Of a stretch of 64,000 nt of DNA, positions 1 through 15,087 are shown one piece after another. The notes beneath the pieces are model-generated. The model was not told the origin of the DNA. It saw only the letters and a list, made by a program, of their open reading frames with translations, and searched no databases. Positions within the stretch are counted from its first letter, which is position 1; the number at the start of each line of letters is the position of its first letter. Both the position numbers and the translations under genes were made by a program. This DNA is from Daphnia carinata (lineage: Eukaryota). The DNA lies in the NCBI RefSeq assembly GCF_022539665.2, contig NC_081331.1, positions 3,224,001 to 3,288,000 on the forward strand, read 5' to 3'.

Positions 1-1418
1 GCCGAGTTTTAATTTTCGATAGTGTTTCATACGCAGCGCTAAACTCCATAAATTTTTCTTGAGCTTCTAGTTTCTTATCGGCATCTACGTAACGATCAGG
101 GTGCCATTCCTTGGATAGCTTCCGCCACTTAGCAGTGATTTCTACTTGTGTTGCATTATTTTCAAGCCCCAAGACCTATGTTGGAAAGCGACAGGATCTA
201 GTATTTCTGAAAGGTGTCCACTGTACCAAAATAAGTTTACCTTTAATGCTTGGTGTTCACCAAATGGGTCCAAATCATCCATAAACTGTTTCCACGTTTC
301 CTGCCATCCTCGATGCCACAGCGAGTTAATTAACGTGTGGAAAGTACGTTTGAAATCCGTCCATAGCGGCGAGGTCAGGAAATTTGCCACTCCTTTATTT
401 TCGTAATCATATTTAAAAAATTGTTTTAAGTAATTCACACGCTACTTTACCATCGCGGAATTTTATGGATTCACCAGATGAGTCTGTCATCTCGGCATTG
501 AAATACAGATACGATAACCAAAGACAAGAGTACAGAAGTACACATACGCCCAGCATACACATCCTCCTATTAGAGAAACATTTTATTTGTAAGGTACTAA
601 TCACCATTTGATAGTTGTTTAAGCTTTTTCACAGTGCTTCAACCTGCATAAATTATGTTTAGGCTTTGGTTTCCTTCTCCATTGAGCAGCTTTGGCTTCA
701 AACAATGCAGAAGAAAGAAATGCTGCAATTGAGATCCCTTCAACATCAAAAAATTTAAGGATTAATAGGGATGAAGCTCCTATTAATGGATAAAGAAAAG
801 ATCCATGAATTCTCCCAACATTTCCAACAGCATGCACCCCTAGTAAATAGCAAACAGGTATTAACAATTTGTTTTAATAAATAATGATACTTATACAACC
901 TAAAGCAATAGCAACTGGTATGAAGAATTCAAGAAAGCTGAAATCAATGCCAAACACCTTTTCTTCTGGAATAGCTAACTGGAAAATCCATCCCTGTTGA
1001 TATAAGTTGAGAAACTACAGTGGCACAAATATTTACTTTTCTAAGAATACCCAAAGATTTCCAACAACAACTCCTCCAAATTGCCTGAAAATATTGTACG
1101 GAGGCTGTCAAAAAAGGAAAAATATTGTTTATAGAACATATTTTCATGTATTTTGTGTTTTAATAATTATTATACCACCTTCTTTTTCTTCTTCATGTTT
1201 TTGATCAATTCTTCAATGTATCCGGGATCTTCATTGGCATCTTTGACGTATTCAGGAATCCTCCATAAATCTCTGAGCAAACCAAACCCTAAATAGCCTG
1301 CTGCCGAAGACCAAATTAAAAACGCATGCCTATCTCGGCGTAAATAGATCTGGTGGAGCCCAAACCAGCCTCCAATCAACCACAACAAGTAGGTGACACA
1401 TACACTCTTTTCAGCCAT
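1..1418 (-). CDS. DNAJC22: DnaJ homolog subfamily C member 22 (wurst); TM2 domain + membrane helices + C-terminal J domain; multi-exon, 3' end beyond window edge
   Basis: N-terminal TM2 motif (YLLWLIGGWFGLHQIYL). Hydrophobic middle exons. 'WQETWKQFMDDLDPFGEHQALKV' is followed by a J domain read from the minus strand near 1-143 (EITAKWRKLSKEWHPDRY...AQEKFMEFSAAYETLS) with the HPD motif. Short GT-AG introns. Confidence 0.93.
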
Positions 1419-2281
1419 CCGAGGTAATTACAAGTAGGAAAACTCCTACCAAAGCTTTGACGATCCAACTCAAACCTGACTTGTTTTCATACTGACTTTC
1501 CCCACCTGTTGGTGCGAAGCAACGTGAGGAAGCCTCTTCTTATTAAGCGAATGTGCTCAGAATTTTACGTGGTGCTTCGTGGATGGCTGCTTGCTGTGCT
1601 AGGGCGAGGTTGGTGACAACTGCAAGTTATCCGGTGGTTTCAACTCAGCGACGAATATCTGAAGCTGATGTGTTGCATATACTGCACGTTTATGCAAGGG
1701 AAAGAAGAATGCGCGTCTACGCGATGACTTTAGCCAACAACATTGCTCATATTTAATTTTATTTATTTATTTTCATGACAGATGGCTCAAAAATTTTACC
1801 GGGAGCGTTAGAATTACGCTTTTGTATGCCCGCCAAAAAACTGTTAAGTTTTGATAGCAGGAAATGCCGTTATTTTCGAAATGTCATTGAGTATTCCCGT
1901 TTTCGAGATTATTAGAGACTATAAAGTAATCTGATATTTTATGGCTTTGGAGGAAAAGAGCGACCTGCCATCGGGAGGCATGTCTAACTTGATTGTTGAA
2001 GTGATTCACGGAGTGCGTAACGTTCCATCTGCCAATGTATTTATCAACAAATAACAATCTATAAACTTTTGTTCTAAATGCAAAGTTTAATAAATATGCG
2101 TAACTTGACAAAGGCACGTTTAAAGAACAAAAACTAAATATGAAAAGACTTGAAGAAAAATTCAAAAATGTCAGAAAAGCGAGGGAATGCGTCCAATCTT
2201 ATTTCGAATGTTTATAGCATTGCTTCATCATAGACTACGGACCAGCGATGAAGGGTGGGCAAATTTACGATCCCTTAGAAT

Positions 2282-5200
2282 TTATCCAAACATCAAACTG
2301 ATTGCGCCCATTGCTTGAAGGCGAACTGCTTTGACTGGATCATGAAGTAGACGAATTAAACTTAGTGATACATTTCGTTGTTGAGAGGCAATAATAGTTG
2401 ACCGGCTTGCTCCACAGAGCAGACCGACAAAGAGAGCAGCATTTGCCCGCAATTCAGGTGCTGGGCTTTTGAAATACGAAGTTGCTGCTGGTAGGTAATT
2501 ACTGGTTATCCATTCCTCACAGTCGACAGCAATAAGTTTAACCAAATCAGTCAAAAACGTGAGGTAGTTAAGGCGACCTTCCTCGGGCAAATGCGTCTGA
2601 AACATTGCGCTAACTCTGCCGACGCTGACTATATCTTCTTCGATGTTCCGGTCCAAAAGAGGACCGGCTTGGCGCAATGCCAGCTTACACGCTCGAACAA
2701 CACTAGGATCAGCTTCGTTCAGATGAAGTAGAAGACTAGTCAATGTAGCATGCACCTAAATTAAGAACGCGAACCAATACGTTAATCCCAATGATATCAT
2801 TTGAAAAATTATCTACCAACCTGTTCAGCTAGACGATCGCTTGCAGACGACGTAGATCCAGCAATGAACAACTGGGCAAGTAGAGAAATTGCTGCTTGTC
2901 GAACTTGAGGCAACTCATGTTCAAAAAATGGGCGGACACGAAGAGCTAAACGAGAAGCTAGTCGCTCTACTTCGGCCACAGAGACTACGGGAACCAAACG
3001 CAGCAATCCTTCAAGCGCTTCTTTCACTGTGCCACAATTCCCATCATGGGGTTCACGCCTGTCTTCTTCTAGACCTTCCATGAGGGCATTCAAGACAGAA
3101 GGTGCTTGTAATTCTAACTGGTGCGGATCACAATCCCCCAATGAACCCAATCCCTTCAGGGCAATACGGCGGATCAACAGCGACGAATCTGGTAGAGACG
3201 AAGTCAGACCGCGAACAACTACATCGAGATCCCTACCGACAGCTTTTTGATGAATTAATTCGGCACAAAATGCAACTGCAGCTAGTCTATGGCGTTGATG
3301 GCTACTCTTGAGCGCATTGTTGAAGGAGGATATCATGTAAGGCAAGTGGGCAGCTGTGAAAACGGTGCACAGCGCTGTCATACTTGCTACTAAAGCGCAA
3401 AAGGCGTTCAGATCACCGGAGTTAGTCCAGTGACGGTGTTCTGTAAGGGGCTCCATGAGGGGATTGAGTTGAGCGCAGACGATTACAGATTTAAAAGTGT
3501 CAGCACACATCTGGTAAGGATTCAGTCGATAGGCTTCACGATTAACAGGAACGAAGGAGAGCTGATCAACGCCATTGGACGGGAAATGAATCGGTGGTGA
3601 TGCACCAAGCATACAACTCTGCGCCAAAATAAGAAGGCAGAACACATGAGGAAAGCGAGCCTATGAAACCGGATTTAAAAAGTTACAAATTTTGGAGTCT
3701 ATGCGCTTGTAAACAAAGATATTTTACCTGTAGACAACTAGAAATTTGTGACACTAAGCACATGGATTTCAGGGCCGAGATCGTGGAAAGAAGACGAAAC
3801 GAAACAATGGCTTCATTAGCATGTGGACCACGCTCTTCATAGGGTGCAGCGTAGGCCAGTATATCAATTAAATGGTCAAGAACGGCCGTGGCTTGTGTCG
3901 AATCGGCTGCCAACGCTTTCCAGCAATCTGATATGTCTTCGTTGTGAGGAAGGGAATGCGACAATAAGGCTGACGTTACAACATCTCGCTGGTGCGATGC
4001 TAATAGGCAAACACCATTCAAAATAGATTTCCGCGTTTGTGGGCATTCCACGTTCTTTAAGCGGGATAAGAGCATGTCCAACAATTCCTTAGTTCGCAAA
4101 TGGATTTCGCCTCCCCGAACCTGCGTTTTAAAAACAAGTTATTAGAAAAAAAATCTTTCTTTTTTCTTTGGTTGTAACATTACCTTCAACACCAAACAAA
4201 TAACGAAAGATGCGCCACTAGAGCTAGTCGCAAAAGGATCATTCAGGCCACTGGCTGCTGATTCGAGAAACGCCCATACATCGCTAGTGGGCGTTTTTGA
4301 ATTCAAAAGATTCGCTAGCTCAACTAACGACGCAGTGGGATCAGCAGAGCCCAGATTAGTTTTCAATGATTCTAATTTTTCAATTGAATTTTTCTCGTAT
4401 TCCCGACTGTATCCCAAATACTTGGAAATTATGTTGAGGACTAGAGCCAAGCAATCTATGGCCAAATCACGTACAGCGCTTTCCGGATCCGTACAACGTG
4501 GTATAATCTAACGAAGAATCAAATTAAAATCAACAAGTTCGTTCACTTACTTGTTAGCAATGAAATAACCTTGGCTATCATAATGTGACCTTGACCAAAA
4601 CGTGTTGGAGCACCCGGTTCAAATTCCACCTCTTGAAAAAACGTCGTCAGCGTCAGTTTTAGTAAAGTAAGGGCAGCCCGGCGCGTGGGCCCCTGTTGTC
4701 CTCGTGACCAAGGCTGAAGCTGAGAAAAGATTATATCAACCATAGCTGGATCGAGAGATGAGCGAAGAAATTGAAGCGTAAGGCTCTCAAGTGCTATCAG
4801 TAGTTGATTGGCTGCCAAGGAGGCATCAACCATCCCCCATTCTTCCATTGCAAACTGACAAAGGTGAGCATACAGGGGTATTCCACGCTCCAGGCCAGTT
4901 TCTAGCACTGTCGATTGATCATCCGGGCCCAAGACGGGTGGTAGCCGACTAAAAAGAAAGAGAATTACATCATGACATTGCCTTTGAATGTATTGCTAAC
5001 TTACATGAGCGCAGACAAGGCATCCAAGGCTCGGACTGTGAAACGAGAAATTTCCACTAATCGCTTAAGTTCAGAAGCAGATCCAGCTTGACTATTCAGG
5101 TCTGCAAGTGATACAGATTTGAGCTGGACTAGAGTCTCTTTTAGCAAATCTGGACGCTTGGCTAAAACATATCTTTCTTGGAGACGTTCTGGCCAAAGAG

Positions 5201-8200
5201 CCTGAGCAACCGATGCAACAGCATCCAACCCTTCTTGACGGACTAGACGGTCTTTGGTGGATTGAAGAATGTGAATAATGGCTCGAATCACATGCTTGTC
5301 AACTTTTAACAACAATTCAGTTGCCGGGGCATCCGCCACGATACGGGCATAACACCGTGCTGCAGTAGATTTCAACATGTCTGATTCTACTTCGCTGCGA
5401 TTCTCTTTCATGAATCCTAGAAAACCACTTGACTTGCGGCCATAGTCGTTACGTTCCAAATTTTGCAATTTCAGTAGTGCCACGTCTAGATGTCCACGGG
5501 CACACCAACCTTAGCATAATTAAATTTCGTTAACATTAACTGGCGTATTGCGATGTGATCTGATGACATACCCATTGCAGATGCACATCCAATGCTTTCC
5601 TCAATCATTTGGTGACGAACCGACGTCATAATGAAATCCATAGCTACATTTGATTTTTAAATGCCAAATGGTTAAACAAGATTTTTAAAAACTAATAGGT
5701 TTTGAATTACCATAGCTTGGTCCTTGCGTAATAACCCCATGATACATAGAAATACCGATGAGATGAAGTAAGAAACCTCGCTCCAGTGGCTGCTGTCCAT
5801 AAAGTCCAACTTGATCAAGTAAATCAGTGGCAAATAAACGAGTCCACTCGGGTGCTGCAAGTTTGGTTCTTGCTAGTGTCACGTCCGCCAATTTCTCCAA
5901 CGAAAGCAACCAACCATTCTGATTGTCTTGTTGGTCCATTATGTTACCTTTGAGTTGACTGGCAAGCTGAGGTAGTTCTACTTGCCAAAGTTGGGCCAGA
6001 GATGGATGAACAATCGCGGAGAAGTGTTGTAAAAATGTTAAAATGGCAGAACACTTTTCGTATGGCGTAGGTGATCTGGCTAGGACAAAGAACCGAGCGA
6101 CAATAGCGGTTGAAGTAGGTTCATCTATACATTTTTTTAAGTTCAAGATCAGGAAAAGGAAAATGCTAAAACAAATATTACTTTCTCATTACCTATAATA
6201 ATTGTACCACCAGGTTCTTGGCGCTTTTTAGTGACCAAGTGTGCTAGCGCTCGCGCAATAACACCGAAGGCTCTATTGTGTTCGGGATCCAAAGCGTGGC
6301 GCAGTAGCACAGGCCAAAATAGGTTTTCCATTTGCGATTGGGTGGTCACTAGCAAATGTATAACATTTTCGCACATTTGCCTCAATTCATCGTTAGATAC
6401 AACATTTGCCGGAATCGGACTGACGCTGCCTCTAAAGCTTGATGCTCTATTGAGTGGATGCAGAAATACATCCAATCCAGACGACGGTGAATTCGGTACT
6501 ACGTCAGATCCTGGTGCTAATGTGCATAATTTCAGCAAAAAGGCGACCAGTTGAATATGTCTGCCAGAATGAATGGTATCCGATGCTAAAAGATGCCCCT
6601 GTACTGCCATGGCCACAATGACTTGCACAAGTGCTTTCTTGATGTTATTTGATAGCGAATTGGCGTCGCTCGTGCAAAGTAACTTCAATTGTGCTCCGAT
6701 GGCCGCGACGTGCGGTTCCAGCTGTTCTTTAAGTGAATTGATCAAATGCTTAAGCACTGTCAGTGCTGCTATTCGTACTTGCTCAGCGCCTTGCTCAACT
6801 TTGCCAAGCAGAAATCCCACCACTTTTTCCAAATGGACCCGTGCCAAGCGTTCCAAACATCGTAAGACCTAGAATCCAACAAAATCGCAATCGTTACATA
6901 GACGTACGTGCTATTTTTCAACATAACTGAACACAGCTTTCAACAGTACCTCGTAGTTGTTCTTAACAGTAGACGGCTGGCTGTAATCTGGCTGTATTGT
7001 CATCTGTTGAAAAAGCGCCTGCAGCAATTCGTGAACGGTTGCATCGGGAAGTTCCGATCCGTTATAGAAAAACGCATCGAGGAAGAGAGCTAGACAACGA
7101 CTTACATACAATGGTTCTACTGGTCCTCGGTAGCTCTGTATCAATGAAGGAAGAAGCTTCGGAGCTATATGCTCTAGGCGTTCTTCGGACAATAGTTGTG
7201 ACATTTGTCCTAGAGCTTCAAGAATTTCTTGACAAGTCGTTGTTGCCTTGCAGGGTAGCCATTGTAGAAACAGAATTTCGAATGCTGTAGAAATGTCTTC
7301 ATAAAACCAGTCACGCTGGACAGAAACGTCCGGAGCCCGTTCCATATTGGCTAAGTAGAACAAGAGAGCCTCACTAAATTTAGCCAATGCAGTAGCAAAA
7401 CTACATCGCAGAAGGCTGTTCTTTATCTGGCCAGTGCTCAATAGCGCCACCACCATGTTAAGCACTTTTTTTAAATGAAGAACAGTTCCGTAGATGTTTA
7501 AAGTGGCCAATGATGCTAAGCTTACTAAGATAGATGAATGTGGTATGCCATTTTGAAGGCGGCTACAAAGAAGTTCAATGACGTCTTTACAGTAAACGGT
7601 TCCCACGGTAACCAGAACATTAGAAGCTGGTAGCTGTATGTCCGGTATAGGTTCAGGATTTTTAATCATTTCATTCAGTGCCAATTTCACCAGCCCCGTA
7701 GCCAAACTATGGTCTAAATGCCCCGCTTCTATAGCCGGATTAATTGTAGTATCCATAATCGTCAGAACAGTAGAAAGGACCCGGGTTGATGTTTGGCTCT
7801 CGGACGCACTCAGGTACGTTTGGAGCGTCCTGAGAACAGTTGATGGGTGTTTGCGACCCAGCTGTTGTATAGTAGTCACGGCATTTGAGGATATGTCTGT
7901 TTGTTTCTCAAACGCAAGTTCCAATAAAGCTATGGAAAAACTTTTCACTTCTGCAACATCTTCAGCTGTGTGTTGACACCTGGCGAGTTGGTCAATGTCG
8001 ACAATACTACTGCTGAGATGTTTCGAATGCGGATACAATGGTTCCTTGTTTGTTACTTTTGAGGTAAATACTTCATTTTCATCTACAGATCCAGGAAATC
8101 TAAACACCACATTTTGATTATCAGTTTCATCATCAGTGACTTCACTTCCATTTCCAGCAGCTCGCTTAATTGCCTCTGAAGTGTCACTATCTACACCATT

Positions 8201-8585
8201 CAATACTGCATCTTCCCCAACTTCTGTCTGTTTAAGGAGAAAATTCTGAAGACCTTCTGAATCTGCCATAAGATGAGCACTTTGTTTCTCCACTTCAGCT
8301 ACACCATTTTTGGATCCCTTGAGGTCCCGATCATCTCCATATTCTTGACTGTTACTGATTGTTGTATCTTCATTCACCACATTTTGGATGCTTAAGTCTG
8401 TTAAACTTTCATGACCTAAACCTGGAAACGAGAAATTAAAATGAAAATCCTATTATTTGAAATGAATGTGGAACATTCATAAGTTTGTAATCTATACTTT
8501 GGTTGCATGGTTTCTCTACCAAAGGGAGAACACCATCCTTGGCTTTGTCAGATAAGTTTGAATCTTCCAAGCTGTTTGGTTCCAT
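2282..8585 (-). CDS. MROH1: Maestro heat-like repeat-containing protein family member 1 (HEATR7A / c11.1-like), multi-exon
   Basis: A long helical HEAT-repeat protein joined across short GT-AG introns. ATG at 8585 (MEPNSLEDS..., exon 8585-8498) splices in frame into the 6911-8421 reading frame. Family-like segments include 'EVLRCLERLAR', 'LLLHLNEADPSVVRACKLALR' and 'PELRANAALFVGLL'. Stop at 2282. Confidence 0.85.
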
Positions 8586-8956
8586 TTTCCAGTAAGATCA
8601 AAAGCTGATTTTCATTCTGTAAAAACAACATTGTTAGCCTAAAGTATTTTTGGAGTTCTGCTGTTTTCCGTTTAAAATCAAAATGCACCTCTCACAAACA
8701 AAACAAACTCTTTAGTTAGGGTATTTAGTATAAAATCAAAAAGGAAAAAAGAAACAATTGTCATAAAACATATCTTACATTGACATACCAAGAATCGGTA
8801 TATTACACGTTTGTCTCGTGTCAATACAGAGGCTCGTAGATTGCCTACAAGAAGGTATTGTACGTAATGACGCCTTGATTTAAATCGTATGTCGTACTCT
8901 TGTAATCGGTTGCGACATAAAAACGTAAGCCTGTATTAGACCTGCAACTACAACTG

Positions 8957-8970
8957 TGACTCACTGACGT
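8957..8970. promoter_or_regulatory. Adjacent AP-1 (TGACTCA) and CRE-like (TGACGT) motifs in the MROH1/HDHD2 divergent promoter
   Basis: Literal matches at 8957-8963 and 8965-8970, between head-to-head ATGs at 8585 (-) and 9177 (+). Function is untested. Confidence 0.3.
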
Positions 8971-9176
8971 GAACTGTCGTCCCAGGTCCTGCTCCTGCTA
9001 TATGTAACAAATCAACAACAAACACTAGAATTCGGAGGATGTTGGATTGGCGGCAACGTTGTATTCCCAGTAACTGTCGTATGCTTCGTAAAAAATATGG
9101 AACAGAGCAAAGTCATAATACAATAATCAATAAATTTTCTTCTTGTCATTATAACAACAAATCTTAAAGAACTTAG

Positions 9177-10413
9177 ATGGCATTAGGGCTAAACCGTGGA
9201 GCGATAAAAGCCGTGCTGGTGGATTTAAGTGGAACCCTTCACATAGAAAATGAAGCGACTTATGGAGCAGTCGAGGCTTTAGAACGGTTGAGTAATAATC
9301 AAACCTTAACTAACATGATGGCTTTATTACGTAATGCTTGCTTGAAATTGATTACAAAGAGCCGCCATCCAGTGACTCTTCGAGTTATCACCGTACTAAT
9401 GGTTTTTTGTTTAGGTTGAAAAGCTCTGGTATATTTGTGAGATTTCTCACCAATACAACTAAGGAGAGTAAAAACTATTTACATGAAAGACTTACCAAAT
9501 GTGGATTTGGTTTAGAGAAAAACGACATATTTACTTCTCTAACTGTTTCCCGCCAATACATCGAAAATCATCATCTGAAGTAAAAAGATTCAAGAAAACA
9601 GTTAAATTTTAACCAATTATTATACTGTCTGTCTTGTATAGCCCATTGCTCTTGCTTGAGGATGCAGCATTGGAAGAGTTTCAAGGGCTTTCAAGGAATA
9701 CTGAACAAATAAATGCAGTAGTGGTAGGATTAGCTCCTAGCAAGTTTGGTTATGAATCCATGAATCATGCTTTTAGGTGAGTTTGTACTTTTCTACTTAC
9801 AATTTTTTTTCATTGGACTATTTTTAATGTCTATCTAAAAAAAAAGGATTTTGATGAATGGGGCTGATTTAATTGCAATCCACAAGGGTCGTTATTATTC
9901 TCGTGGTGACGGGCTGGCTCTGGGTCCTGGACCGTTTGTTTCAGCATTAGAATTTGCAACTGGAAGGACCGCTACAGTGATGGGCAAGCCAGAGAAAAAT
10001 TTCTTCCTTTCCGCATTAGTGGGACTGAACTGTGAGCCTCATGAGGCCCTCATGATTGGCGATGTGAGTTAAACCAGAACGTTACTGCGAAACATTCAGT
10101 AGTCGTCCCTGTGAGATAGATGTTCTACTTCCTAAATTTAAGTTTGTTAACAAATCACTCATTGTTGGACGCATGGACGAAGCCAATAGCTTGATTGCAT
10201 TTCGTAACAATGTTCCAAAAATTTTGATGAATCGTCTGTCTTTCCTCCTGACAGGATGTACGTGACGATATTGAAGGGGCGCTTCTGGCAGGATTTAAGG
10301 CTATTTTGGTACGCACAGGAAAATTTCGCGCAGGAGATGAAAACCGTTCCAGTATACCACCAACTGCAGTTTGTGAGAACTTTGCATCGGCAGTTGATTA
10401 CATACTGGCATAA
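9177..10413 (+). CDS. HDHD2: Haloacid dehalogenase-like hydrolase domain-containing protein 2 (HAD class IIA)
   Basis: Exons 9177-9286, 9415-9579, 9642-9776, 9847-10063 and 10255-10413 join in frame. Motifs [56 protein letters not shown] and LVRTGKFR. Confidence 0.95.
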
Positions 10414-10799
10414 CCATACAAATTGCGTGATGAGTGGCGCAATTTTTGCCTTCATTTGATAATTTCTTCAAAAGGGAACAGCCTGTTAACTAATATCTAC
10501 AAATAGGAAATAAAATAGTTTCTGTTTCCCAGCTCAAACCTATTTACAGATTGTATTACAACTCACCAATTCCAGTTACCAAAGATATTTAAGTAACCAA
10601 AGAAACCCTAACAAACATGTTTACAACTCTTATAAATCGATTTGTAAAAAATGCGATGGGTATTTAAAAATAGTTCTAATTTTAGATCTGCTTGCATCGA
10701 ATGGTGTTTTTCTTCTCGTGTTTTGTTTGTTTGCGGATCTAATGAAGACATTTCATATGAAAATATCCTTTTGTTACTTGTACTAAACTGAAGCTGATG

Positions 10800-11803
<1,004 letters not shown>

Positions 11804-13339
11804 TTTGAGATCGAAATTTGTGTAAATATCCACGAAACTATCGGGATATTTAACTTTTCCAAACTCACGGGAACTGTGACCTGGCGGAAAAGAACGAGAC
11901 TAGTGTAAAGAAGTCTGCTAAAAGGAGAGGAAAAAGAAGGGCGTAGAATTCGCTAGAAGCGCATTTCCGGAGTAAATAATGTACCCCTCGTCAGCCATTT
12001 AGGTTTACACATTTGTACATACGTAAAACTACTGGCGGTATTGAATATGAAGGCAAAAAAAAAACATTTATGTGAAGCAGTTCAAATCAACTAGAAATGA
12101 AATAAGTATTGATTTAAAAAAAAAAACGGCCATGGATCGGTGAAAACTTCGGCATACACCAGCCTAACCATTTTCCGTCTTGCAGTGACCTGATATTGCA
12201 TCGTAGCCCTTTGATTGCCTACTCAGATGATCAAACATTTCTTATTCTCTCGTCTTACGAATCCATCCCCGAAGATAATATTGATCCTTTACAGATCGGT
12301 TTACACGTACGCTCTGTTGCATGATCGGGATTGCTGCTGATGGAAAAACGGAATAATATCTTCGAGAATATGCCCATGGCGTGATTGACGAAAGCAGGAT
12401 GAGAATGTATAAAACAGTGATAGAAATGTGTAGATGGATTTCTCTTAAATACGTCATTTGTCCAGGGTTTTTCCCTTCAACGACAGCGAATTGAGACTAC
12501 ATGATCCATGCTATGCTGCTTCATGGATTTCTTGCTATTCCTTATGGGCAAGATGAGACCCATCAGCAACGCTAACATTCGGTACACATCGGAATTTATT
12601 TTTGTTCGTACCCTTGGTGTGAATCTAAGCTTTGCTATTGCGTAGTTTGAATGTGTATGTGTATTTCCAGATACTCTCCTTCCCGAGAGCTTATTTACTT
12701 CCACTGTGCGAGCCAATCCAAACAATATTACCGGATGCTAGGAAAATTTTATTGAGAAATTAAACTGTACTTACTGCTTTAAACTGTTAGTGGTGTCACA
12801 TGTTTCGTGTGTCTTAGCCATCCTATTTGTTCGCTAAACTACTCAGCAACTGAGTCGTACTTTATGACTCCGAAAAACGTGGGGCGACTACAGTAGAAAC
12901 GAACTTTTTCTTCAGCGATTTGGAGAAGTTATTCTTATTCGTTTGGTGTAAACAAAAATCCACGCAATTGTTTAGATCACACTGCCAAGTCTTAAAAGAG
13001 GAGGGAGGAGATGGAAGTGGGAAAATACGTGTTGCTCATGTTGCAGAATCGGTTCAACGATCATGCGCCTAGGAACATTGGGCGGCTGGTTACCCTCCGG
13101 ATTCCTCTTTCTACACAGCAAAGCGTAAGGTGAGAGAATTTTATCCTCGGTCTACATAAACTGGCTTACAAAGGAAGAACGGGAGCAGAAGGGAGCATGT
13201 AGTGGGTTCTGATTGATTGGGGAAGACGGTGTGATTTGTGCTTATTGCTTCGTTTTGCTTGTCGATGCGTTTCTAAAAACGAAATTAGTTTCACAACTCC
13301 TTCGGATTTCTCAGCTAGCGGCTGTTCCACAGGATAAAT

Positions 13340-14716
13340 ATGGAGATCTTGGCTCTGCATTTTTTGGAATTGGAGAGCAATACGCAAACAACTACAGCGG
13401 CCACGAAGGGTTTCATATCCCGAAAGGTACATATTGAAACTTCGGATTCAAACAGTCCAGTGCCTGGCGTAGATAGTGACGCCGCCGATGCTTTTGCATT
13501 CATTTACGGTGTTGTCGGCCCTACGATTGTAACCTTCGGTTTGATTGGCAACATTTTGATTCTTTTCGTGGTAGGCCGATCGCGGATGGAAGGTGAGATG
13601 TGATAGTCTAAAAGAAAAGTTTACTTTGAGCAATAATGTGGTTGAAATCATAAACTGTTAAATGCCTGCGATTTTTGGTCCAAAAATAGGTGCAATTCCG
13701 GTCTATTTGTCGGCGCTCGCCCTGTCGGATATGGGAGCTCTGCTCTCTTCCATTCCCTTATGGATCCGTTTGGCTCAAAAGGTCGTCTGTAGCCATTGGA
13801 GCGCATTTTACTATGGCCATCTGGAATTATTCATTCTCAATACCTTTATGGCGGCATCCATTTTCAACGTTGTTGCCCTGACCGTTGAAAGGTACGATGA
13901 TGAACCGAAAGCATCATGTGTTTACTTTCAATTAACCTACCAAATTGCTTTCCATATAGGTATACGTCCGTATGTTTGGCAGGTCAATTCCCGAAAATTC
14001 ACACTCCATTGAGGGCCAAAATGGCAGTTGCTATCTCCTTTCTTCTAGCCCTTATCGTCAGCTTACCACTTTGTGTCCTCAAGTACGTGGTGGTGCATAA
14101 CGAAGAAGAAACGTCTGCAGCAGATTCTATTAAGTGTCGCTATGAGTACTTGGAGAACAAAATTGTGACAGCTCATCCCCTATGGACGGCATATGTGTGG
14201 TTGGGAGAGAGTCTAGTCCGCTTTCTCCCCGGTCTAATTTTGGCTACACTCAATATGTTAATTTTGATCAAATACCATGGGGTGGTCAAAACGCGTAGGC
14301 AAATGCGGCAAGGGCAACCAAATGCAGACTTGCACGGCAGTGGACGTTCGGATCGCAACCTTGAACAGGAACGAAAATTGTTAACTCTTTTGTTATCGAT
14401 AATAGTTTTGTTTTTTATCACCAATATTCCATCAGCAGTTTTGTCAATCATTTACGATCAAGAACTGGAATCATTTCATAGCTTTCAAGTATTTCGTGCT
14501 GTTGCAAACTTGTTGGAAATGAGCAACTTTGCACTTAATTTCTGCATGTACTTCTTGTGCAGCAAGGAGTTCCGTAAAATGCTGTATAAAGCCATGCCGC
14601 AATGCGGGTTATCGAAATTTTTCATCTTGTCCTCCACTTCTAATAGCCAATCTTCCAATCCCCAGACATGTCCAGTAGCACTATCAGGGTCACTTAACAA
14701 TCACCATCCTTCTTGA
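13340..14716 (+). CDS. Class A (rhodopsin-like) peptide GPCR, FMRFamide/myosuppressin-receptor-like; ligand unknown
   Basis: Exons 13340-13592, 13690-13891 and 13960-14716. TM1 'FGLIGNIL', TM2 'YLSALALSD', ERY motif split by an intron, TM6 'FFITNIP', TM7 'NFALNFCMYFLCSKEFR'. Confidence 0.88.
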
Positions 14717-15087
14717 TAAGTCAAACGTCTCACGAATATGACAGTAACTACAAAAATGACACTATTACCCGGAGAATGCGTTGGAATCACCTGCTGTGGC
14801 ATTGTTGAAAAGTACCGTTATAATATGTAAGTCCTAATATATTACATACATAAAACTAGAATTGTCTTCACCACTACTGGCTATCGTTCGAAACGATTTC
14901 AGTTCAGTTTGGGATTCATAGGCACGCTTCCTGTTAATAATCTTCTGGCTATGTAATAGAAATTAAATAAATATACCAATATGGTTAAAATATTACTTAC
15001 AAATAATGAAACAAAAAGATTAGTAAAGCAGTGATAGATGTGGGCAATGTATACAGTGTTTTTCTTCTTCCTTTATTCAGCATTACA

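Noticed and set aside
1553..2165. Short ORFs between DNAJC22 and MROH1
   Set aside because: Non-ATG starts, no domain content, and located in expected UTR/promoter sequence.
9312..9355. SECIS-like ATGA...AA...TGA pattern
   Set aside because: It lies in an intron, helix II pairs poorly, and HDHD2 has no in-frame TGA.
10763..10770. U12-type donor-like ATATCCTT (also GTATCCTT near 29373)
   Set aside because: Neither is at an exon boundary of any reconstructed gene on that strand. The introns I reconstructed are GT-AG.
14714..14820. Stop-codon readthrough of the GPCR
   Set aside because: TGA is immediately followed by an in-frame TAA.
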